A stretch of 64,000 nucleotides of DNA from Owenia fusiformis (Eukaryota), in the NCBI GenBank assembly GCA_903813345.2, contig CAIIXF020000001.1, forward strand, positions 2,170,001 through 2,234,000, read 5' to 3'. Positions within the stretch are counted from its first letter, which is position 1. Every line of letters starts with the position of its first letter. The notes beneath the pieces were generated by a model. The model did no database searches, had not been told where the DNA came from, and saw only the letters and a program-made list of their open reading frames with translations. Positions 12,401-24,400 of the stretch are shown here, in pieces. The translations under genes were made by a program, and so were the position numbers.

Positions 12401-15400
12401 ATATCTGATAATAATGCATATCATATTGAAGAAAAATCATTTGTGCTTTATAAAAATACAATTTCAGCGAATTTTGACCTTTGATGTTCACACAACAGTC
12501 ATTTAAAGATCATATACCATTTTTGGTGTTTTTACAAAAAATTCTTTATTTATTGTTGTCTAAGTAAATAGTATATCAATATTAACCAATTTAAATATAT
12601 TAAAATGTAATATATGAAATACTGAAGAAAAGATACGATTAAAATTGTTTTCATGGAAAAGCACATAGGGCAATATTGACAAAATGCAAATGCTATTTTG
12701 GTAGGTTCTGGGCTAGCAATGGGTACATCTCAACTGTGACTGTAATCGATTACTATTGACTTTTATCAACATCACAGGGCAACATTTAAGCAACTTAAAT
12801 ACAAGGAAAATCAAAGATTTCCTCTCATTTCTAAAACGAGGAACAAAAGCATGAATTCAAGGAAAATAAATGATGGCCTGTGCCAAAATATATAACATAT
12901 GAGAAAGTTGTAGCACAGTAAAGGATATGTATAGGATATCATATGATTTTAAATGATTTTACCTTTATCTCCGAGTTGATATCAATATCTTGCCAAGTTA
13001 GCATAGCGAATTAGCGCAGATATTGATATCAATGAGTTGGATTAACACAATATCACGAAAATTCATAGGATGTTCTATTTTTCCCATAGTTCACCTCTAA
13101 AACTAAACAAAGCATATCAAAACAACATCCATTCATTCATTCATCCCCCTGATGTCATGAAATCACTATGTACAGAACACATCATATTGGTGGTAGTTTT
13201 CAAATCCCTGCCAAAAGGTAATATCTGTGAAACATTTTCCGTATTCCACAGATATCACTTTTCCACACATTTGCAAAATATCATAAATATGTTTTCATGT
13301 TACCTAACAGAGTTCAACTATGGGATAACGAATAAAAAATAGGTACATAATTGAATTACCACTCCAAAAATATTAATAAATATGAGAGAAAGAAAGAATA
13401 TTGAAGATTCAAAAAGACAAGTGGCCTCATGTCTCACATTACCCAAACACCAGATCCTCGATGTCATATATACTTGTATACTGTATATCAATGTTATTTA
13501 CTGGGAGGATTAAATATGGAGTGTATATAGCAATGGTCAATACGATATTTCCAGATGGATATTTTTTTCCCTAGAAGCGGAACCCAAACTCAGTCATGAC
13601 ATAGAAGCTAACTTTTGCAATTAATAGAAACTTGTTTTTTATTATATTTTTGTGTTCTATATTTGAGATGAAATAATATGAGATTTATTTCTACAAGAGG
13701 ATGGAACGAATGTGAACTTGCAGATTGAACTATACTCCTTTTCTGAATAAACAGAACAACATTTTATCCAAGCCAATTAAGAAAACCAAGGCCAATGAGT
13801 GTAATTTATGCCCAGTTAAACTAACACAATAACAACTTTTTGTCTGGACTCACTTATTATGTAAGAATGAATTGTATTACTGTTTACTGCATTAAATGTC
13901 AAGTATACTATCTGTATTTAATTTCAAATGCCTATCTCACTTATCGAAGGTATACAAGAAATTTTATTTTGAAACAAATTCAGCACAACCAAAACCATGT
14001 CCACATAATATGACAAATCCAAGATGGCTGCCACAATTTTAGATCCATGCACATGTGAAGAAGTTAGAAATACACATGGTCCACAAGTTCCATCCCCAAT
14101 AAAATGTGAAGTTTAAGGTTTTCACACATATCAACTCTATTCCTATATACTTTATATTTGTGGTAAGGCTTGTGATCTAGGTAAACTTAGCATGTTCATG
14201 TACCTCCTATCATCTGAAGCTAAAAACAGAAATAGTGACTTCAATTGAGAAAAATGAATCTTATGGGCTCCATATACACTTTGAGTGGCTGTCCGGCTTA
14301 AGTTAGATACTACTGATAATCTGAGATTGAAAATTATGTCAAGTTTAGTCCTCAGCCTCTCATAACGGATAATTTCGAGGTAATCGTGTTGTTACTGCAA
14401 AAACCTCTATTTCTTCATCACAAATCTACCATCTTTTGCATCTGTCAAAACCCTTCATTTCATGTTAATTTTCAGACTTTTGCTTGTGCCATCATTAAAT
14501 ATATATATTCAACTTGTTATTCAGAATATTTTAAGAACTTTTCATGATTTTTTTTATTTTGACACTTTTGAAAAAATGACTAAGTCAGAGAATGGCCTCT
14601 TAATGGCATGTCCCCTTTGGGATATTTCTGAAATTAAGCCGTTTTGGGACTTCAAATATACCAAGATATGTGTATTTGACACCAAATATCAATACAATTA
14701 TGAAAATAGTAGCGCAATTCATACTATAGCGACGCAGTGTGCCTTAAACCTTTCCCAGACCTATATCTTTTGAAATTATCCTTTTAATACTGAGTCCCCA
14801 GCATTCATAAAAAATGGTGTTCAAGGTACACTATCTATACAAATTATTTTTGCATCTTGGAAGCCAGGCAGTATCCGTGTGATTTTAAAAAAATTAGGAA
14901 ATGTTCTTCAGATATGAGCCCCCTCTAAATACTGGGTGCGGAGGTACGTTTATGGAGCTCCTCCGCACCCAATATTTAGAGGGGGCTCATATCTGAAGAA
15001 CATTTCCGAATTTTTATAAAATCACACTGATACTGCCTGGCTTCCAAGATGCAAAAATAATTTGCATGGGTAGTGTATCTTGGACACCATTTTTATGAAT
15101 GCTGGGGACGCAGTATTAAAAGGATAGTCTCAAAATATATAGGTTTGGGAAATGTTTAAGGCATACTGCGTCGCTATAAAATGAATTGCACTACTATTTT
15201 CACAATTTTATTGATATTTGGTGTCAAATACACATATCTTGGTATATTTGAAGTCCCAAAATGGCTTAGTTTCAGAAATATCCCAATTTTAAATTCAAAA
15301 ATGACCGTTAGCTCCGCACCCTCCGCTCATTTGCGCCGCACCCAATATTTCCCACAGGCTCTGTCTGCATAGGGTGCTATGAGTGAGCCACATGATAAGG

Positions 15401-18400
15401 GATATTTGGCAAACTTTAAATGAATATACTGATTTATTCATTGGAATAATTCTTTATCTTAATGATAGGTGTCACTGCACAAACATAATTTATACTGTAG
15501 TATTGCATACATTTTGTAAACATATTACTCAATGTTTTATTTGAATTACTCATTATCATCATTTTTTAGCGTTCATTAGAATAAGCATAGTGTTTACTTT
15601 TAGCTTATTATTGATAGTTGATATTAATAGCATCAATGAAATATTAATTAATGCTAAGAAATATTCAATTTGGATAACTTCCTACACACTTATTTTTGTG
15701 AATTCATTTTCTATTCAAAATCAGTTCTGTGTTTGCTGATGCAGAGGGGAGCTGTCTTGGGAGACTGATTTTCTGACTTTTTTTGGAGAGAAAGGTAAGT
15801 AAGTAAGCGCAACAGTGGGCCACCAAAGCCGCAGCTGCGCAGCCGCAGCGGCCGCCAAACTACGCAGCCTACGCAGCCTACTTAGCCGTGGTGTATGTTC
15901 TTTAAAACATATGAATAGGGAACAGTATGATCTTGAACAAGCAATATGAACAAGTTCAACTTGATCTTCTAGATTTGATGTGAAGCATACAATAACCACT
16001 TTATCTTCAAGTCCTCTAAAGTTTCTAATTGTGTCCAAAGTGATATTACTGCAATTTTTCGCCTTTTCTTTGGCATTTTGAAAATAGTACTTATTGTCAC
16101 ATTTTTCCTTGAAGTTTAATATGTCTTTATCATTTTCAAATAGTATTGTTGTGTGATGCTTTTCTGTTTGATCAATCAAGCTCAATACAAACTCTGGTGA
16201 ATATCTTTCATATATTTTTACTTCGGGTCCTACCACATTATGTCCAACTGAAATATTTCTTCTATCCATGGTGTCATATGCTTTACAATTATCAGTTGTT
16301 TGTGAGGTCATTCGCATTATTGTTTTTAATTCCGGTACATAGGCATCAGTTTTGGATCTATATAAGAAATCTTCACCAATGGTATTGGAATACTCTTGCA
16401 GTATTTGAGCTTTATCAAGGAACAACCAGAAGAATCCTTCAGTCTTGGAAACAATAATATTTTCTTGAAGGTATGAGATGGTTTCTTTGAGAATATCTTG
16501 CGATTCATCAATGAAAATGTGGTTATATTTTGTTTCGCCACCTTCAGGGTAGTTTGCCCGTGGATCAACTGACTTCACAGTAACTCTCAAATTCTCTTGC
16601 TGGAGATCAAGTTCTATTTTCATTGCAATGGCCTCACCGACTGTGATTATAAGAATAGTGTCATTTGGATTGGTTTCCAAAATTTTCCTGACCTTCAGTA
16701 CAAGAATCTGAGTTTTACCTGACCCTGGTGGACCATCAATGTATTTGAAGCGAGTTTCATCATTTAAAAGATTCAATTGTTCTGGTATTAAAAGAAGCCA
16801 TTCTTCTGATGTAAGCTTAGAGGCAATATCTTCGTAAGCCTGGCTTGTCAGTGCTGCAGGTCTTCTATTGTTCCCTTCATGAGTTAAGTGGCGAATGTAT
16901 ATATATCTGCAAACAATCAGAAAATGCAAACATGAGAGAGCGTTAATTGTCATAAGATATACAGTGGAACCGTCTAATCCAAATGCCTTTTGGGCCATCT
17001 AAAAGTGTTCGGATTAGTAGGTGTTTATAAACATGAAAGGAGATAAAATAAAGGATCTAGTACACTCTCCATTATGACTTCCCCATGAACAAAATGAATC
17101 ATTTTTAGGTGAAACATGAAGAATGCAATGGATTTTGACAGACACAAAAATACTTCCTGGTTTGGAATCTATGCCTCTACATTTCATGATTGAATTATGA
17201 TCCTAATAAGTGGCCTATACATCAATACAATGCTGAATATAGGTCAACAAGATTCTAGTGTGCATATAAATGTAATAATAAAAGCATACTCATTTTGAAA
17301 AATCAGATGAACAAATTTTTTTTCATGGAGAGATAATAATGGAGAGCGCACTACTTCCTTTGGGGCTGAGGAATAGTGTTCACATTAAGGTGGTCAGATT
17401 AGAGAGCTATTCAGAATCAGATATAAAGGTTTCACTGTACAGAACTGGCTACTACTAGTAAATGTTAAGGCGGCCATTTTGGATTTTCCGTCCTAAAATC
17501 TTGTCTGTTAAGGCTTGTCTACAGGTTTCCAGCCAAACCGTTTGAGGGATTCATTTGAAATTCCCAGGGATGTTTCTACCTATGAAAGTTTAGAACTGAT
17601 TAGTTTTTCGGCATTCTGGGTAAATGTTAAGGTGGCCATTTTGGATTTTCTGTCCTAAAATCTTGTCTGTTAAGGCTTGTCTACAGGTTTCCAGCCAAAC
17701 AGTTTGAGGTATTCATTTGAAATTTTCAGGGATGTTTCTACCTATGAAAGTTTAGAACTGATTAGTTTTTCGGCATTCTGGGTAAATGTTAAGGAGGCCA
17801 TTTTGGATTTTCCGTCCTAAAATCTTGTCTGTCAAGGCTTGTCTACAGGTTTCCAGCCAAACCGTTTGAGGGATTCATTTGAAATTCCCAGGGATGTTTC
17901 TATCTATGAAAGTTTAGAACTGATTAGTTTTTCGACATTCTGGATAAATGTCAAGATGGCCATTTCTGTTCAAGGGTGCGATATTGTTCACCATGTGTTT
18001 TATTTTTATTTTATTTTGGGGTTGATTCAAGTCTTAAAAAGCAGAAAATAGAGAAAAGTACATCATTTCCCATGTTATTTTCCCATGAAGAAAACTAATT
18101 GTATCTGTTGTTTTCATGTCAATTTTGGATACCTATACATCTTACATACCCCGGAGAAGAGAATCGTGTCTTAAAACTAAATTCATTTATATAAAATGTA
18201 CTAAACATTGAAAAACAGTTGGTATTTATGGCTTTTTAGAAAAAAAACTGATGCTGTGATTTAACCTCTCTTATTCAATTGTTTGATTGTATTATCCTTG
18301 TTCCCAATACTTTAATTTTCAGTGGAGTGACATAAGAGTTTCAAGCAAATGGAGAGGTCTGTGTTTGTTAAGTCAGTCTGATTTAATTATAGACTTTGGC

Positions 18401-21400
18401 TAATTTACTCCCAACACCATTCATATTTACATCTGTCACCTCATTTTCGTTAATTCATTATATTTTATGTCATCTACAATTCAAAGTGTGACTTGGTTTC
18501 TGAAAAGATAGCTTTGTTTACACTCTTTATATTACTACCTCCTATGTAAAGAGAAACTTCAGAACTTGACATGCCAGCAGAGCTTTCAGTCACCAGAATG
18601 ATGATTTTCTTTGTATGGTTATTCTTTCTGAAGTGCATTGTTTACCTGGTATTAACTAAAATTTAAACATTATTTGAATGTGTTTCTTTCTGTTTACTAA
18701 TTGGTTCGAAAAATTCTCAGTGACAAGTTTTGAATTGATTTAACTAACCACTTTGTTCAGGGTCATCCTCAAACACTATTCACCTGCATTAGAATCATTT
18801 AATGATTAACTTGATCTTTATGATTTTTATAGACTTATTAAAACCCGCTGAAGGTAGTACACAATAGACCAAACAGTTGATTATTTTTCACGAATCTACA
18901 GCTACAGGGGGTCTGCGAGGATTGCAATCAGGAAACAAAAGCAAATCTTTTGTTTAGTGAGTGCAATCACAGTGGACCCCCTGCAACTGTGGATTCGTAA
19001 AAAAAGAATCCACACTTTATGCCAACAACTGTATGCTGATTGGTTTTACGTCCGTCCAATCCAGCAGCCTTACATAATCGCTCCATAGTCTTTGAAAGCG
19101 TATTTATCCCAATTGGTTGTAAACTAAACCACATGATATGTTGGATGTTTCGACACTGTACCGTAAATCAAGTGTGCCAATTTCACTACTATCTATTTCA
19201 TATTTATTTACTACTCCTATAAGTTCCCCAAGAACGTTCTCAAGATCTTCATCAGTGTTGATATCTGTCAATTCCTTGAAGGTATCCTGAGTCAAGGTAT
19301 CCATCCTTTCATATTCCATGCTTCTTCTCGAATGTTCAACTAACTGTACTGAACACAGCGTTGAGACCCCGACATACATGCAATACATACAAATCCAATA
19401 CTAATCACCATTGCCCATTCAAATGATCACGGGTCAGTGCACTCACTACGCTTACTATAGTTCATTGAAAATTGGCTATTACTAGAGCGTTTAGGTCACT
19501 AAAGATTACTCGTGAGAGTTAATTCTTTGAAATTAATGGTTCGGCTAACGCCTCACCGTTATTTTCAAAAAATCAACTCTCACTCATGCTTTCTCTATAA
19601 CTTAATCATTCACTGATAAAAATTCACTGATAGGACCATTGACTGTTGGACCCATCATGCATTAAGTTTACTTTTTTAACCGCATTTATATGAGATAACA
19701 GTCTTGACATACCAAAGAGGACATGTGACTCCAACGATTCTAGTGCCTTTTCACTCTTTAGGTTTTGAGCTTCATAATAATTTCTTGGTGCAGCCTTTAG
19801 GTGTTACTCACTTGCAAACATTGCTGTCGTATGTTTCAGTTGATTTGTGGGGAAACTGAGTGTTTTGCTTGAAGCACTATAAATCTTGAATCAAGCATGC
19901 AAATGTTCAGCTTTATGACACCATGATCTCATGATATCAAAATTTACAAAAAATTTGAATGGTTACATAATTTTGATGAATTTTATGAAGTATACCCAGT
20001 AATAGGATTAATTTTTCAATGCATTTCTGTTGCATAAATTGTATTTTTTCTATTGTTCAGTTTTGGAGTTTATCCCATACTCTCCTATTCCATCTGTGAC
20101 ATCAATTTCCTATTTATTACTTGATTGTAAAACAGATACACTGAAGTTTTTCAGATTATTTCACTGACTGATAAAATACAGGGAGTTCCTAAAGTTCTTG
20201 CAAAAGTCCTCTAAAATTTCTGTATCTCAGTCAATCTGGCTGAAATTTTCACTAAGTATACCTACACTATTCATAAATGTGTAACTTGAATTATAATGAA
20301 TAGGTCCTTGAAGATAAAAAGATATGATTGCTATATTAACACGAGTCAGGGGGAGGCGGAGCAGCATTGAGAAAAAGAAAAATTTAGATAAAAGATATGG
20401 GTTAGAGGTAACTTTAACATACTTTAAAGTATCCTTGAAAATACAAAACAAGCTAAAGTTACCATATCAACACTAGATGATGTCATATGATGACATCACA
20501 GTTGAAATTTCTTTGATTCACAACATCACTCATGGTATCATAGTGACCAATATTTGTTGATGACATCCGACTATGTGAAAGGCCTCGTCAATTTTATTTT
20601 TGTGAAAATGGCTGCAAAAGGTGATGATTTGCAATTACAAATATTCGGTAGCATCGGGATGTATGTTTACTGGGAAATTCAAGAAAACAAACACTTGAAG
20701 ATATTCATAGGGTGTATGGGAAGGGGGCAATGGTCAAAAGAACCATTTACAAAATGTGCTAAGACATTTACTGGTGGTAGAACAAATGGTAAGGAAAATG
20801 CTAGATCAGGCCATCCAAGAACGAAATCCAGTAAGGATAAGATGACGTTAATGAAAACTATCCATACAAAGATCAATCGCAAGAAATTTTCCAAAAGGAT
20901 TCTTCCATCCGTTTGAGGAATGGTAAATAAGACAGCAGAGGTGTATATATCATGATGGACACTATTTCGAACACCTATACTCTTGAGATACTGTTATTAA
21001 AGTAAAAAGGACAAGTTAAAAATATTTCGAACATTCAAACAAAACATCCTTTTTTGCCTGCTCCGCCTACCCCTGACTCATGTGACTATAGCAACCATAA
21101 CTTTCTTTGCTCAAGGACCTATTAATTATAACTTGGCATTTCAATTTATGAATAGTGTAGGTATACTGAGTGAAAATTTCAGCCCGATTGACTGAGATAC
21201 AGAAATTTTAGAGGACTTTTGCAAGAACTTTATGAATGCCCTGTATTTACTTACTTTAGTCATTAATATCCAAACTGGACACAGCAAAGAAAATCATGCT
21301 ATAATAAAAAAGAACAAAAACTTACTTTGCAGAAAGAAAGTTGTACAGTTCATCACTAAGGAAGTCTTCTGTATCTCCTGTGGTTCTGTCCCACCAATCA

Positions 21401-24400
21401 CTGAAGGCCTTGTCATTTTCAACATCTTCTTGGTATAGCCTTTTCGTCTCACTATTGACTGTATTTGACTTTTCATTAAGATTTGGAGTTGCAGTTACTA
21501 GTTGTAGATGGTAGCCATTTGACAACAGGGATTGCATTTCTTTGGCAAGATCTTTGTCTTCAATGTTTTTTGTGATAACTTCCAACATCTTTTTGTCCTT
21601 TTCAAGCTGCTTGTTTGCTTTCGATTTTACCTTCCTTTTGTTTTTTACGTTACTCGAAGACTTTACTTGAATGAACATAATGCCTTTCCGATGTATTACA
21701 ACAAAGTCATGATCACCTTTATGCATTTTTTCTTCTCCATATGATCTATAATAATCAGAGAATTTCATTCCTCTTATGACAAACATTGGTTTGTTCAGAT
21801 TTTCGAATCGCTTAAATATGAGTAATTCTGCTTCATCACATTTTGTTTGTGAATCACGTCTCTTCCTCTTTTTAACATGGGCATCAGCATAGTTCTTGGC
21901 CTCACTTGGTGGCAGAGGTGTTTCTCGCTTTTCATATTCAGGCCTTTCATCTTTATAAGAGAAAATTGGCGGAACTATTTTGACTATGTTTTCATTTGTT
22001 TTAAAATGTTTCTCATAGAAATCAACTGCTTCTCTGTCCAATTGTACATGCCGGCATCTTGACTGTTTAATGTTTTCTGAAGGTGACTTGATACTGATCC
22101 AATCAGGAATCACTTGATTCCAATGTAGTAATTTCCATGTTTCCACTGGAAATACTATCCCATTGGCTAACTTTTCTGCCATCTGATTCTGTCGATTAAA
22201 TCTTGGCTGTTTAATGTCTTCTAAAGGTAACTTATTCAAAGTGAATTGTCATCAGAATCATTATCTGCCATTGTCTTTGTCTTCCTGTAGTGTCTTGAGA
22301 CAGCACCCCCTTCCTGTCTATAACGTAATCTTACACTGTTTAAAACTATGCATTTTTAAGTATATCCATTTCACATTAAAAAGGGTTCAAAGTCCAAAAT
22401 ATATTAGCCTCAGATAATGTTAACTTAGATATCATTGGTTTATTTTTAATGGCTATGCAAGGACCAATGACATTATATTTTTTATTCAGTTTTTGATATA
22501 ATCATGAGCAAATAATAATGACAAACAATTGCATCAGATTTCTTCAAGTATCATGACATGTTGTGAAATCAAACTTCAGAATAAATCCTCAAAAGCCCAG
22601 CCTTAACCCCTACTTTTCAAAATACACAATATTATCTCAAAACACTTGGGATTCTAATTTTTTTAGATAATGAGTAAGCAAATTGTCCCATTATTTCCAC
22701 ATTGTTACAATTGCATTTTCGCTGATATTGAGAAAGCAGAGGTTGAAGTTTAGGTCTTCATAACTTTTGAGTAGAATTTTTTAAAAACTTAATTTTTCGT
22801 ATAGGTAATCATTTGTATATGAAGGCCTTGCAGAGCAAAAATCACTGATTAACAATTAATTCACCTTTCCCCAAAGTCCAAAGTGTACTCATTTGACCGC
22901 TGCGCTGATTGGTTGGTGAAAATCGATGACGTCAAAGCAGGGCACTTTTCGCGCGAAAACTTCATTTACTATTAGATCGCCCAATGAGAAAAATAAATCT
23001 CATCTAAAATGATATCAAAACTAATTGAAATTTATTTTTCTGACTTTTTTGTCTTCGGCTGTGTATTAAATACACTACCCGGTAAACAAAACCATAGGAA
23101 TAATTTTTGATATGAGTGCTGGTCTTCTAATAAATTGAATCCAATTACCGTACCAAAGACAAACAATTATTCAGACAAGACTGTGCATATTATAGAAACA
23201 TTCATTTAACATAAATATCCAAATACATGATTATGTTTCTAATAAAAAATATAACATATGAAGAACAGTTTTTAATGTAACAGAGGCTAATGATGTTTTT
23301 CTCATGCTTGCACAAACCTAATAAATAATTTCCAAACTCACCGCCTCTAGTGCGTTGGATTGTTGTATGGCATTAGGGTCGTGGAAAATTAATTCATTTT
23401 AGATGCAATTTGAAGGAACGAATAGTCATCATAGCTTGTATTTTTAAATTCTCCCTTGAAGGTATTACGTCCATCGTGAATATTCTCTCAGTTCTATATT
23501 TAAAAAAAAACGCCAGGGTTGCAGTTGGGGATAAGAAGACCAAATGACTCAGGTATCGAATCTTAAATAATTCCAATGTTGCGATTATTGTCCTTGTTTT
23601 GCTGCATACGATTAAAGATTCTTTTTCTCTGGTTACTACAATTAGTCGTATTCATATGTGGAACATCTACCCAACAATCAAAAACATGAGGTACAACATA
23701 TTTTTCAGGGAACGTTTCTTACTAAAACCATGATATTCAAAATCATCATCAGTGAAGTGTAAAGAACAAACTTTACAAGAAGGTTTCAACTGAAATGATT
23801 TATCTTCCATTCGATGGATAGCAATTAACCACTTTCTTTTATCATTCTCTTAAACCTTTACAAATGTTATGACCTTGTCCCATATGAGGTGCATCTTGGA
23901 ACTATGCAATGTGTTTGTATGTACATGTCTTGCGATTCTTGGAACTGTCACCAAAATATTTATTTTCGAGTTCGTTTAATAATGTGAAATTGATGATATG
24001 CTGCCGCATCCTGAAATCAATTGAAGAAAATTATAAATGGTAGTGCATTGAATTATTATCAAGCACTGATTCACGAGTTGAAAAAGTTTTCTTTAAGCCC
24101 CCCCCCCTGGAGTTAATTAATTAAGCCTCTTGTTCAAACTCCCCATTTTAATTTCTATTTCCCTGGCTGGATGTACATCAATACTTGTTCATTAACTGGA
24201 GTGTACGCAAGACTCTAGTAGGCCAAAACCTTGATAATTTACCCCCCTCCCCCAATACATATGACTCGTTTTTATAGTTGATTGATCAATTAATATCTAT
24301 TTCATCTAACACTATGAGAAAATATAGCACAAGCTTATTATTACAGTGCAGAAGTCAATGGTATGTTGACAGTAAAGAAGTACATATCAGGGTCAATGTG

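Noticed and set aside
16907-16998. N-terminus MAQKAFGLD... of the 425-aa ORF as a stand-alone gene start
   Set aside because: It lies upstream of a good in-phase acceptor and overlaps a MITE terminus, so it is intronic.
15721-22239. Bacterial contamination or a Helitron Rep/helicase as the source of the nuclease-helicase
   Set aside because: It has a canonical spliceosomal intron containing host TEs, host-like base composition, and no HUH Rep or PIF1-family motifs.
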